Notes: generated by a model from the sequence alone, not told the origin. Numbered from the stretch's first letter, positions 14,650 through 29,147 are shown. The stretch: DNA of 64,000 nucleotides from Piromyces finnis finn (GCA_002104945.1 MCFH01000029.1:558001-622000), one strand, 5' to 3'. Made by a program: numbers and translations.

Positions 14650-16692
14650 CTTTTATTGATTAATATGTATTACTTTTATGTATATATATATATATATTTA
14701 ATAACTGAAATTTCCTTAAATCTAAAAAATACTAATTTGATTTAAATATATTGAAACTGATAATTTAAAGATTTTTAATAAATAATATAAAGAGATTTCT
14801 TGATTAAAATATTAAAACATAAACTTTTTTCTTTTATTTAAATTAATAGTTATTTGTTATCTATATTTTCTTTAAATTATATATTTCTCTTTTTTTTTTT
14901 TTTCTATAAAAGTTTAAAAAGATCTTCAATTAAACTTTTATTATAAAAATAGTGCGAAGAAAAAAATTTTTTTTTCTTCTATTACAAATTTTTTATAAAA
15001 ATTATTTGATTATTTATTAAATTAAAACAATATAATATTTAAATAAATAAATTTAAATATATTCATTTATTTAAATAATGAATTTATTTGTTTTATATTA
15101 TTCTATTCATTTGTTAATATTATATAGTGAAATGCTACATTATATGTAACAAAATGTATATAATAATTACTATTAAAAAACATTGTATACATTATTTATT
15201 GTACATTACAATAGTGAAGATTATTGGATTTTTATATTGAAAAATAATTTAATTTTTTAAGGGTTTGACCCAGTTGTGAATCAAAGAAATTAACCAATAA
15301 GAAAACAGAAATTAGGGACAATGCTGTCAATATTTATTATGAAAAATGTTTTTTGTGCAATGTAATATAACATTATTTATATTATTTATATACATAATAT
15401 ACACAATATTTAATGATTTAATAATAAAATTAATAATAATAATATATTTATCTCCAGATTTTAAAAATGTGGATTATTTTTTTACTATTAATATTTATTT
15501 TTTTATTAAAACTATTTTTAATTTTAATAATGGAAATTCTTACATATTTATATTTTATAAATATATATATTATATATATATATAAAAAAGGATATTTATG
15601 TATTCATATAAAAAAAATATAATTATAAAATTTAATAAAATATAAAGAATATATATGACAAAAACTAAAATGATATTTTAACAAACCTTCTGGCTAGAAT
15701 ATTATGCCATTTTAATATTGTAAAAGCTATCCTATAATAATTAATTTTTTCTTAAATTATATATTATTATATTATTATTTTTTATTTTACTATAATAAGA
15801 AACTTTTTAATTTATATATTTCGTAGGAGCTATTTATAATTTTTTATAATTTAGCTATATAAAAATAATTTGATCATCTGATATTAACATGTTTTTTGCT
15901 ATTCTAATGATAACCATATGCAATTTATTATTCTTTATCATTCTTTATGTAATTAAATTATTAATTAATTTTAACCAATAATAATTTAGAAATAAAGTTA
16001 AAAAAAATTAAAATAATAAGAAAAAAATAATATTTTTTTTTTGTTTTGTATTTTTTTGTATTTAATTAAAGAAGTAAAATATATTAAAAACATTCATAAG
16101 ACAGTTATTAATAATTTGAAATTTTAACATTACCAAAAGAATAAGAACATATTATATATAAAATTGGCCCCAAAATTTTACGACATAAAAAAAGTAAGAT
16201 ATTTTATTTTATTATATATATATTGTTTATAAATTAGAGCATTATTAAACAAATTCATATGACTTTCACTTTTAATTATTATCAATTTAATATTGATTTT
16301 ATTTTGTAATCATTTAATTTCCTATAAATAGCTATCTTTTTTTTTTTCGAATTTTATTCGATTATAGAATTAGAATAGAATATAAGTTTTTATTTAGTAG
16401 TAGTTATGGAATAATTATTGTTTTAGTCTTGTTGATTTAGAAAAATGAAATATATAGTATAAATTTGTAATAATTTTTTTCTTCCTCTTGATATAGTAAT
16501 AAGAATACAATAATTTATTACTTAATTATAATTACATTTTCATAATAAAAATCATTAACGTAATATTTATTAATATATAAATTATTTTTATTTATTTTTT
16601 TTTAATTTTTTAATTTTGAAATTTTAAAATTTTGAAATTTTTAAAATTACTTAATTTTACAATTATTTTCTAATAAAAGAGATATATTCAAA

Positions 16693-17611
16693 ATGGAAAA
16701 TACAGAGAAAAATGAATTTTTAGATGTTAAAGATCCAAGAGCTACTTTAGGTATACATTCTTTATAATATATATTTTTTAAGAAAGGAGGACAAAATAAA
16801 ATATAAAAAAAATATTAAAATTTTAAATTATATCTAATAAATCAATTTTAAATATAAAATATATTTTCTTTCTTTTATATATATATATAAGAATCTTTAA
16901 GAATAACTAAAGAAGCACAAAAACCTAAAATAGTGAGAATTGAACAAAGTTCATGTAAATATATGTTTTATAATTTAATATATAAAAATATTTTATAAAA
17001 AATAATAAAATTAAAATAATTATTTTTTTTTTCTTTTTTTATTTGAAAATACAAAATTTATTTTTCATTCAAATAAAAAAATATATATAATATTTATTTA
17101 TTTATTAGTATTAGAAAGAGCCAGACTTTTTTTACCACAATTAGCTGAAGCAAATTCAAAATTAGCTAGTCAACCAAAAGATAAAATTAATATTGAAAAT
17201 ATTGATGGCAACCAAAGTGGTATAATTAAAATGGTAAGTCCATTATTATTATATTAAAAATTAAATAATTTTATTATTGTATTGTTAATTTAAAATATAA
17301 TTATTATAAAGGACTTAGGTTTAGGTGTATTTGATTGTATTGATACAAGTTCTTCCAGTAATAAACCTGTTTTACCAAATAGAAAAGATATTATAGATGC
17401 TAAAGATATGGATCTTAATATAATGTTAAATCCAACTGAACTACCAGATGATTATACAAAACCTCTAATTCAAATGCTTTCAAATAGTGATGATGAAAGC
17501 TCAGAATCAGATTCAGAAAGTGATTCAGATTCAGACTCAGATTCAGATAATAGTGATATAGATATGCAAGATGCTTCAAATGAAGAAGAAGATATTAAAA
17601 TGGAAGATTAA
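16693..17611 (+). CDS. DUF4598 / NOPCHAP1 (C12orf45)-like small acidic protein, ~4 exons
   Basis: Spliced motif LERARLFLPQLAEANSKL...INIENID...IIKM|DLGLGVFD followed by an Asp/Ser-rich tail. This resembles the remembered family signature FLPQxxxAN..IE..I.MdLGLGV. Confidence 0.7.
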
Positions 17612-18176
17612 AATAAACTAATTATGAAATAATCAATTAAAATGTTTATTATAAAATATGTATATTATAATGTATATTATATATATGAATATAAATATAT
17701 AACCATAGAATAATAATTATATACAATAGTAGAAATTTTGATATCCATATTCATTTTATTGTTAATCTTTTTTTCTTTTTTTATTCAGACAAATAGAATA
17801 TATTTTTCGTTAATTTTAATTGCCTTTTATTTATTTATTTTAGATTATAATCAAAAGTTAGAACAATAGATTATATGTAATGAGATTTATTTTGTTTCCT
17901 TTAAATATATATAAATATTTTTTCTCAAAATTATAACATTTAAAGAAAATAAAATTAATAAATATAAAATTGATAAAAATTTATTCTCCATAAAAAATTT
18001 TATAGTGTTTGGTGGTAATTTAATATATTTTTTAATATATATTAAAAGATTTTAATATTTATAATAATAATATTTTTCTTTTCTACATATAAAACTTAAA
18101 TCAACAGAAAATAAAAAAAAATATTCTTTTTACAAAAGATAAAAAGATTAAATAATAGTTATTTTCTATAAAACAA

Positions 18177-20520
18177 ATGGAAAACTATTCAACACCTCAA
18201 GCAAAACATTTTTTCCCTTCGGGACCAAATAAATTTAAAGATCCAAGAGTTACAGTAATATATTTTCTTACTCTTCCTGTTTTTATTTTTTTAATTTTAT
18301 TTTATTTTTTCCTTTTAATTTATTTATTTTTCTAGACATATATATATATAAAATTCATTCATTTTAATGTATAATTTTGAATTTTTATGTTATCATTTTA
18401 ATTCTTTAAATACCATATCATTAGTACAATTAAAATAATAACAAACTTCTAATTTATTTATTTTTTCCTTGAATTTAATAATAAAATTCAAATTTTATAT
18501 AATTTTTAAATAAATTGTAAACATTCCAGTTTATTCAAGAAACAGAAAAATATGTATTTAAAGATGAAACTCAAAATCTTTCATACGAATGGGATGAAGA
18601 TAAAAAAGCATGGTTTCCTATGGTATTCCATCATTAATATCAAATAAAAAATAGAAAAACAAGAAATATCAAATTTTTGAAATTCATTTTTTAAGTAATT
18701 CCTTAATTTAATTATATTAAATCTTATATCATATAAATAGTGGAATGAACAATTAATGGCTTCACAACAATCAGCATACAGTGTTGAAGGAGTAGATGAT
18801 ACTGTAAATTTAATAATATAATTAATAAAATTATACTATACATTAATATATACGTTTGACCTTTCCTTTATATTAATTTATTTTTTTAAATGTTTTAAAA
18901 TAAAAAGGAAGAAGTAATAAAACCTAAAGATAAGCGAAAGGCAAAAATATATACAATGGAAGACGAAGTATGAAAAATCATTTGGATTTTATATAAAATA
19001 AAAATATTGATTTAGAAATCTATTTTATTATAAAATATTGAGTTTATATATATATTCATTGAAATTATTAGTCTGCTAAGAAGAAACCAAAAGTGGAAAA
19101 AAAGAAAATTATAACGTCTGTTTATGTTTCTGGATTACCATTTGATACTACTTTAGAAGAAATGAAAGAAGTTTTTTCAAAATACGGAATTATATCAGAA
19201 GATATTAATACAGGTTAATTATCTTAATATAATTATAATAATTAAAAAATTTTTTAATATTAATTACTAAGAATATATACAAATATTTATTTCAACAATA
19301 ACATATATATTGATTTAATTTTAAAATTTTAGGTCAACCTCGAATTAAATTGTATAAAGATAATGAAGGAAATTTAAAAGGTGATGGTTTAGTAACATTT
19401 TTAAAACCAGAGTCTGTAGAATTATGTATAGATTTACTAGATGATTCTGATTTTAGATTAGGTGAAAATTCAAGAATTAGAGTTCAAAAAGTATGCTATA
19501 TAGAAATTACATTGATAATAATTTAAAAGTAAAAATTAAAATATTCAACAATTTATCTTTATATACAATAGGCAGAATTTAAAGAAAAAGAAAAAACAAA
19601 CGACAATAATAACAATAATAAGAAAAATCCAGATAATAAAAGAAAAATTCAACAAAAATTTATAAAACAACAAAAGTAATAATAATAATAAAATAATAAA
19701 TAATTTAATCAAAAGTTATTAATAGTAGAATAATATTAAATCATTAAATTTTTTATTTCTTCTTCATATTTTTTTTAATAAAAATATAAAGGAAATTAGA
19801 TTGGTTTGATGAGACAACAGGAAAAAGAACAGAAAAGTCAAAAAAAGTTATGATTTTGAAGAATATGTTTTCAGTACAAGAACTTGAGGTATTTTTTAAT
19901 AAATATTAATTATATATTTATTGAATAATTAAATATAACTAATATTATTTTGTAAATATATAGGAAGATCCATCTCTTATTTTAGATCTTAAAGAAGATG
20001 TAAGAACAGAGTGTGAAAATTTTGGAGAAGTAACAAATGTTGTTCTTTATGAGGTATTTTATACATAAATTATAAAATTTCTTTTGTAATTCAAAATAAA
20101 AATTAATTTTAAAATTTTAGAAAAATCCAGAGGGTGTTATATCAGTAAGATTTAAGGACGAGCTTAGCGTTTTATTGTGCATAAGGGTAAATATATAATT
20201 TATTTTAAATATTAATTATTAATATTAATGATTAAATAATTAATAATTATTATTTTAAAAAAAATAAATTATATATATATAAAAAGAAAATGAATGGTAG
20301 ATATTTTGCAGGTAAAAGGATTATTGCAGAGGTACATGATGGTAAAACAAAATATAAGGTTAATAATCCATTAGAAGACAAGGAAGAAGAAGAAAGAAAA
20401 CGTTCTGAAAGATATAGACAATTCTTAAACCAACAAGAATCTCAAGAAGAAGATAAAAAAGCATCAGCATTAAATAGTGAACAAGAAGAACCTATAAGCG
20501 AAAAAAATGAAGCTAAATAA
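18177..20520 (+). CDS. HTATSF1: HTATSF1/Cus2/Uap2 U2 snRNP-associated splicing factor (RRM + UHM), many short exons
   Basis: YEWDEDKKAWFP, SVYVSGLPFDTTLEEMKEVFSKYGIISED, PRIKLYKDNEGNLKGDGLVTFLKPESVELCIDLL, LDLKEDVRTECENFGEVTNVVL, MNGRYFAGKRIIA. Confidence 0.92.
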
Positions 20521-21095
20521 TTTTTTTTATATTTTGTAAAAATTCTTAAAATTAGAAAAAATTAGTATATTAAATAAATCAAAATAATAAAAATAAAAAT
20601 TAAAAACAGAATTCATCATTATTTAATATATTATATTCAACAAAATATCATTATTAAAATAATTTTATATAATTGTTTTTATTGTTATATTGATTTTATA
20701 AACTAATTTTCCTTTATTGAGAATATAATAAAAATAAAAGTTTATATCTTCAGAGCATCCGTAAATTTTAATAATTTCCATTAAAACTTTTAAATAAGAT
20801 TTTTAATAAAATTATTTCACTTCAAATAACTTTAAGATTAACTTTAGATTAAAAATAAAATAAAAAAAAATAAAAAATAAAAAATTTAAACAATAGATCA
20901 TAAATATAATTATAGTTTTTTAAAAAAAAAATTAAGATAAAAACATATTTATAGTTGTAACGATACTTATATACATATTATTAGCATATATAAAATCAGG
21001 TGAAGATATATTTTAAAAAAAAGATAGTAATAATTTTATTATTACAATAATTTATATCCTACTATAGTTTCTAAACATGTAAAACATCTAAAAAT

Positions 21096-24000
21096 TTATG
21101 AATCATAATTAGTTGAAAATCTATATGAATTCTTATTCCTTTTTTTAATATATTTTACTCTTCCATTTGTGATTTTTATAATTTGTGATGTATATTTATA
21201 AAAATCAATGTATCTTTTTATTACTTCTCGTTCATTTTTGGTATATCCACAGTAATATAATTTTTGTAGAGAAGGAAAATCATCCATTTTTAATGAGTAA
21301 AAGTAGTATTCTGAATTGTTCCCCTTTTTTGTTATTATATAATATATTTTATCCCATGAAAAAAGAATTATAATTGTTAAATAACATATTCCATTTAAGA
21401 TTTGATTAAATAAATTGAATTTATACGCATTATTATTAATTGAAGCATAACTAATTAACTATAATATATCATTATTAAGAAAATATTTTAGTTTAAAATT
21501 ATATATATATATAAAAAGGAAAAGAATTATTAATTATTTATTATCATATAATATTACGTTTACTAACGGTCCTAAGGTTACCCATATTATAATAGAATAT
21601 CTTATACTTTTTAAGCATTTAAATACATAAGTATAGTTCCAAATTTTTATTACCATAATTAACAGATCTATAACTAAAATTAATTCAATTATATCCATAA
21701 TTAACTCAAATTTATATAAAGGGCATTTATATCTCCACTTTCCATTATATTCTTGGATAAATTCTTTTTCATTATTTCTTTTTATTAATATAAATATTAC
21801 AAAAGAAAATAATGATATAATATCGAAAAAAAACGTTTTCATATATATAGAATGAATACATGAAATACTCTTGTTTAGATTTTCAATTTCTTCACTTTCA
21901 AACGATTTATGATTTGAAATTTTTGTATCCCAAACACTATCCAGAGAAATATATTCTTTAAAATTCAATTCTTTCTCTATATTTTTTATTAATTCTCTAT
22001 TTGTTGAGGATGAAAAACTGGTTTCATCAAGTTTTGAAAAACGATTTAAATTATTTCCATCTCCATTGTTTACTGCTATATTGCTTTCACATGTATTATT
22101 TTCACCTTGGAATATATTTAAATTTAATCTTTCTAATCTTTTGTAATCCATTCCTAATTTAGTTCCACTATAAAGGTAAAATAATAATATTCCATATATT
22201 ATTAAAATACCACAGTGCTTGAATAGAAAATTTAATGAACAACTACTAAATTCTTTAAAGACATCAAAATTAAAGCTTATAAAGAGTAGCATCATTCCAA
22301 TATAAAAACAAAGATTTTTTACGAAACCAGTATCAATGATAATATTTTGATTTCTTTTTATTATAATAAAAATTATCAATATTAATACGATACAAAGAAT
22401 TGGCATTGTATAAATGAAAATATAATCATTTCTATATATATTTAAAAATTCATATATTTATATATAAATTATAAATTTTAATATATTTTTATATTTGATT
22501 AATGTAACTAATATATTTGATTTAAAAAAAAAATAAATTTAAATATTGAATATTTAAAAAGTTACTTTAAATTTACAAATTCTTTAAATTGACAATAATC
22601 TCCTTTATATCCAGGTACACAAACACAATTATTTGAATATATATTATTAGTATTTTCTGTTGAGTTTTTAACACATATTGCCATTTTTTCAGAAATAGGA
22701 CAGGTATTACTACACTGAGGATTTTCACAATAGTAATATTTACCTTTATACATCTTTATTTGCTCTTCTTTGCAATCATTAATAATAATTTTTAAATTAT
22801 CATTTTTAAAAAATATATTTTTATTTTTGCTATCTAAGGATAATTTTAAATTTAATGTCACCGGATCTTTAGATAATATTTTCAAGTTGTTTAGCTCACA
22901 AATTCCTATATTTTAATATCATATTTATAAATAACTATATCTAAAAATCATATATATTTTTTTAAAAAAAACTTTTATTACCATTTGAAAAATTACATAT
23001 ATTTCCTAGAATTTTGATATTATCTAGATTCAAATTTGTATTATTCTCTTTATCTAAAACAACACTTAAAATAATACTTGAATAGACTTTTGATATGTCA
23101 TTTACTATCTGATTGAATTTATCAATAAGATTAAATTTTAATTTAATTGTTTCTCCGCTTTTCATTGATATTATATTCAAATTATTTAATTCATTTATTA
23201 TATGTGGTTCTGAAGCATAATCGTTTCCATGGGATTCTGAAGTATTATTGGTAAATACAACATTTTCATTATATTCATAGTTATGATATAATTGTGTATT
23301 ATTGTTACTCATATAAATTGCACCACCTGCATATGCTGAATTTTTAATGAAACTTACTTTATTTAAATTTAATACTTTATAAGCTTCGAAATTAGAAAAT
23401 ATTGCACCTCCGTAATATCGAGCTTTATTGTTTATAAATAAAGAATTATTAATGAATACTAAAAAATCATCTTTATTTTCATTATCAATATTTGAATCGT
23501 GTTCTATAAAAGATTTTTCTATATAAATTGCACCTCCGTTCATTGCTTTATTGTTTTCAAAAATAGTTGAATTTATATCTACATTTAACAAATTTAAATT
23601 TTTAAAGCATCTATCCATTGAAAATATAATTAAATATATATAAATAATGAGAATGCATAATTAAAATTTATCTAATTAAAAAAATAAATCGAATTATAAT
23701 TACAAAGAACTTCCATTGTGTTTTACAATATTTTTATAAAATGTTGAATTTCGTAGAAATAAATAAATAGTATTATAATTTGAAATTAATCCACATTTTA
23801 ATTTATTTATATTCATATTATTATGAAAATTACTATTGTCTAAATTAAATTCAGACTAAAAATTATTTTGTTATCAAAATTGTGTATACCATAAAATAAA
23901 AAAAAAAAAAAGAATTAGCATAATTATCATATATATATATTCTTTAAAAAAATTAACAAACCTCTATTGATAAATTATTTATTATAGGTCCATAAGATGA

Positions 24001-25945
24001 TACATTACTGATCATTGAGTCTGATAATGTGATTGTTGAATTTCTTCCATCAAAAATAATTAGATCTCCATTTGAAGTACAATTTTTAATATTAATATTT
24101 TTCATATCTATATAATTTCCATAATCACTTGATATAAATCTAATTAATGACGAATTATCACTTTCTCCGCCACAAATTATATTATTAAAAACGCAATTCT
24201 TAAAGCTGACCGATTTATACAATATATCAATCATAATTCCAGATCTTATTTTTATATCTTCCATAATAATAGATTCGAATGTATAATTTGCTTCAGAATT
24301 AAAAAAACTTTTAATAAAAGAACTAATTTATTATTAAAAAAGTATTAGTAATGATTTTAGTTAAATTTTAGAATGAATGAAATATAATTTATTATAAGGT
24401 ATGAATATTAAAAAGTATAAAATAGCAAATATTTATATTATAAAACATAATCTTACATTATATTTGTGAATTTTGTATTATAAAAATTAACATTCGAAAT
24501 AGGTGAATTTAAAATAACTGGTGATAATGATTTATTATTAATTTTAGTAAAACTTGAGTTATTGATTGAAATTGTATTATGATGTCCATCAAAAAGTGTA
24601 CTAATATCTAATATAATATGATAATATTATTATTATTATTATTAAAATTATATTTTAAAATAATTTTATTACCTTCAAAATAAGAATTATTTATTATACT
24701 TTTATATTCATTCATATAACTTTTTTTTGAAAAAGAAAAAATTAAATGACCATAATCTGAATGGCAATTTCGAAAAGTTGTATTATTCACACTAAAAAAT
24801 TTAAAAAAAAAAAAACATTAAATATTAATTATTTGATATGATATATTATTTTTAAAGAAATCAATAAAAGTTTTTATGAATAATTACTTAAAATATGTGT
24901 TTGAAAGATGGATTAATGGAACATTTATATTCACATTAATATTTTCAAATTTTGAATCTAGAATATTTAGTGTATTTCCATTGTTATAGGAGCATAATAC
25001 AGAACAATAAGTAGTTTCTATTCCTAGAATATCATTAAATGAACCTTTGATAATTTTTAATTTATAAATTAAAGTTATAATACTATAAATAATTTAAAAT
25101 TTAACCTTTTATACATATAAAAAAAACTATTTACAATTGTCAAATGTTACATCGCCATAATATATAAATCCTATAAATTTTACATTTTCAAATATGCAAT
25201 TAGAAAAGTATGTGTAAAAACTATTTTTTCCCCTCAAATGTAAATTTTCATTAAATTTGTGATAATATATATCAAAAATCTTATGTGAATTACTTATATT
25301 AGAAATAATAAATATTTATTAATTTAGATATATAAATTTTGGGATTTAATTATTTCGATAAAAAAAAAATTATAATTACATGAATTTGCAATTAATATAT
25401 TTAGCCTGAGGTGAAGATTGAACTGATTTTGATGAAGCATAATAATATTTAGATATTAGGCCATGAACTTTTTTAAATATACAATTATTAAATTCTATTT
25501 GATAATTATTATGTTCAAATGGTAAATCAAAAAACATAAAATTATTATTAACATTTCCATCATCATAAAAATTGTAAAATGTAATATTTTGAAAAATTAT
25601 TCTTATGTCGTTTTTCATTGATTGAAAATTAAAGTTGAACGACGTTGAAGAATGATATTGATAGTCAAATACAGTTCCATTATCACTATAAAAAATTAAT
25701 GTTTTTTTGATATTAAATTTATTACTTGAAGATTTTGCTATGGCATAATGATTATCGTTAAATATCAATTTAACTTCATCATAAGAAGTCTGCATTAATT
25801 GATTTACAGTCTCTGGAAGATTTTTTATACTGTTATTATCATTTTCAATCTTTACATCTATTGTACTAACTTTCAATATTAAATATGCCAAGAATGGATA
25901 TAATAGATAAATTCGATTATATATAAATATATTTTTAATACTCAT
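21096..25945 (-). CDS. Large secretory-pathway receptor: signal peptide, parallel beta-helix (pectin-lyase-like) repeats, EGF-like module, C-terminal 7TM (class C-like GPCR type expanded in anaerobic fungi)
   Basis: N-terminal hydrophobic signal. FxNC-rich and FENNKAMNGGAIY / NNKARYYGGAIF / NSAYAGGAIY repeats. EGF-like CENPQCSNTCP..C..NCVCVPGYKGDYC. Seven hydrophobic segments in 21096-22430, with WRYKC in a loop and TM7 NQILNGICYLTIIILFSW. Internal exon boundaries are approximate. Confidence 0.8.
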
Positions 25946-26716
25946 ATTAATTAATTTTGTTGTAAAATTGCTAGATTATTTTTTCTTAAAATTTATCCAT
26001 TAATTCTGTACAATAAAGGCCTTTTTTTTTTTTTCTCAGTTACCTCTAAAAACATTAGAAATAAATAAAAAATAAAATAAAATAAAATTATTTAGTTATT
26101 TAAGATTTATCTATTACATTAATTATATAATTATATTAAGGTAAAGTTTTGTAAAGTTTAAATTTTTTGATCAAAAAAAAAAAAAAAACTAAATTATTTT
26201 TAAAAACAAAAAAATTACTTAACATCCTTTATAAAATCTTAATAATAAAGTTATTTTATTTTATTGTGAAATGTTAATTATAGAAAGATAACTTAAAGAT
26301 TAAGTATTTAAATATATATGTATATGTTGTTAAAATTTAACCTAAATACTTTTATTTTAAAAATATATTCATTTTACACTAAAAATAAATATGAAAAATG
26401 TCAATTTAGATAATACTTGGTCCCAAAAAAATTCTTTTTAATTATTTTATTGCTTCAATACTAAATGATGGATAATTAAAATATTATGAATAAAGCTCTT
26501 GGATTTTTTTTTTTTTTTTTTTGTTAACGGCATCAAATATTTTTAAACTTTATTATTAATTTAATTAAAATTATAATACATGTAATAAAAAAATTAAAAA
26601 TAAAATAAAAATAAAAAAAATATGTTTAAATAAACACAAATGAATAAAAATTGGGTATAATGTATTCTAGTCATTTTAACTAAAGTAATAAAGCCACTAT
26701 TATACTAAAGTAGAAT

Positions 26717-26835
26717 AATTGTATTTGACTTCCAATAGGACACCGAGCCAACGATCAAAATTTTATCATGAGACAAAATTATGATCTCCATTGGTTGCGC
26801 TGGCCCTTCTGGCCTGTAAATACAATTGCCAGAAG
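26717..26835. other. GC-richer intergenic fold-back (long imperfect inverted repeat plus second hairpin); identity unknown
   Basis: Nested inverted repeats: 26717-26726/26818-26827 (10/10), 26746-26751/26791-26796, 26753-26764/26775-26786 (11/12). Separate 8-bp stem 26806-26813/26828-26835. Confidence 0.45.
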
Positions 26836-27138
26836 CGAGATAAAAATTAATTAAACTACGTTTCATGGATAATTTTTATCAATAAAAAAAAAAAAAAATA
26901 AAAATAAAATAAAATGAAATAATTTTTTTTTAAAATTAATTTATTTTTATTTTTGTTTTTCATATATTACAAAGTTAAGAAAACATTTTTTTTTTTTAAA
27001 ATTATTCCATTACTATTATTTCTTTTATTAGTACTTATTTTTTGCTTTTGAATTTTCAAGCAATGTATATATTCTTTTAATAAAATTTATAAACTTGTTA
27101 TTTGGATTTTTTTTATTCTTTTACTTTTCTAATATGAT

Positions 27139-29147
27139 TTATTCTTCTTCAGCACATTGGGAATAGCTATAAAAAAAAAAAAAAGTGTTTTAATAATGAT
27201 TTATAAAAAAGGATAACATTTATAAAAATTAATTATTAATACTTACTATGGTCCTTGAGAAATACATTTTCCCTTACAACATTCAGTTGGACCAAAGTAG
27301 CCATCACCACCACATTGATCATATAAAGCAACACAAGTTGGTAATGGGTTGTGGCAAATTGGAAGAATGGTAAAACCATCACTACGCTTATTCTTAGTAG
27401 AGGTTGGACAAGTATCTGGAATACCACACCATTCACCATTTTCAACACCCCATTTACCGTTAGCATCGGTATCAACAACATTGCATGTGGATTTACAACA
27501 TGGGTAATCTGGTTCAGAGAAGCAGGAAGTGGTTGCACTTGAAGGCTTACATGATGCTTTAATACCACACCATTGATCGTTTTGAACACCCCAGTCACCA
27601 AGAGTATCAGAGAAGACTACATCACAACTGTCACAACATGGATAGTCTGGGTAACCAGTACAAGTAGTTGAGGTAGCAGCTGAACAATTTTCTGGAATAC
27701 CACACCATTCATTATTTTCAAGACCCCATCTAAATTTTTATTAAATATTTATTAATATTTAATTATAATGAAAAAAACTTTTTTTGAAAATACAAATTGA
27801 TATCTTTTTATTATATTTACTCTCCGTCATCATCAGTGTAAATGCTATTACATCCAGAACAACAATCAAAACCTAACTTCTTGGACCAACAAGCTTCATT
27901 GTTAGTTGGTCTAGCTTGAGAAGTAGTAGTTTTTTTAGTTGAGGTGTTATCAACATTTCCATCTTCATCTGGTAAAACATAACCATTATCCTTTAAGTAT
28001 GGGAAGTTATCTGGAAGAGTAGTCTTAGCATTTGCATTACCAGCTAATGGATCATCTGGATCTGGAGTACCACACATACCTTCACCATCATATCCTCTAT
28101 TAATATATACTATATTAATATTCAAATATATATTTTTTGTATTCGTTTAATTATTAATATTAATATACTTACGGATCTAAGGCAATACAACCCCAAGTTT
28201 CATCCTTTAAAGTTGTTATATTCTAATTATATATATATATAATTATTAATAAATTCTTTAAAATAAAGAAGATAATTATTAATAAAATTATATTATTCAC
28301 TTACCTTAGCACCATACTTCCAACCACTCCATTCTCTGCATGAAACCATTTCGAAGTAAACTTTACCGGTACCTAAAAGGTTACCAGAAGCATCACGTGG
28401 GAACCATTCACGAGCTTCACCTTGACCACTAGAAATATTAATATCAAAGTGATATCTCATACCACGTGGGTTTAAGAATCCCTCTATCGATAGCAAATTT
28501 GAATCATTAATGCAATGTACTTAATTGTATAAAATAAAATAATAATATTTTATGAATTAATTATATTACCAGATTCTGGTTGTTCTGGACCTGGGCACCA
28601 TTCCTTGTTATCTGGGTATGGACATTGATCAGTAATACGAACAACAATAGAACATTTTGGGAATAATTCTGGATCAGCTTGACCATCATAACTACCAAAA
28701 ACAGTCAAGGCATAGCAAAGACCACAAGCTGGACCACCACCTAAACCACTCCATGAACCATATGCTTTATTTTAAATAATTTTATATTATTTAGTAATAT
28801 TATTAATATATAATACTATAAATACTATTAATAGTCAAAGTACTTACATAAACCACTAATAGCAGCAGTTGGACCAGCAGCATTACCCATAGCACTAACA
28901 TTACAAGAACCACCACCACCATTTAATTCGTACTTTTTTTTTAAAAAAAAAATAAAATAAAAATTCAATTAATAATTCTCACATTAAATAAAAATTAATA
29001 ATATTTAGAATTTAATTTTTTTTTTTTTTTGAAATTAATACTCACGTGAGTCATACTTGCTTCACCAGAAGTAGCCCAATCCCATTCCCAAGCTTTTGCA
29101 GCAGAAGCAAGGAGAAGAGTTGCAGAAGATAATTGCAACCAGCGCAT
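27139..29147 (-). CDS. Secreted GH45 subfamily C-like / expansin-like DPBB enzyme with 3 fungal dockerins (CBM10-type) and a C-terminal CBM1
   Basis: Signal peptide MRWLQLSSATLLLASAAKA. Catalytic domain GEASMTHY..TAAISGLSYGSWSGLGGGPACGLCYALT..IVVRITDQCPYPDNKEWC..NPRGMRYHFDI..FEMVSCREWSG. Three CW/CC..WGxENxEWCGI dockerins, then CVALYDQCGGDGYFGPTECCKGKCISQGPY|YSQC (CBM1). Stop 27139-27141. Confidence 0.88.

Noticed and set aside
15684-15710. CCTTCTGGC..TGCC similarity to the hairpin at 26806-26835
   Set aside because: Only a 9-nt exact match and no matching second arm, which is compatible with chance.
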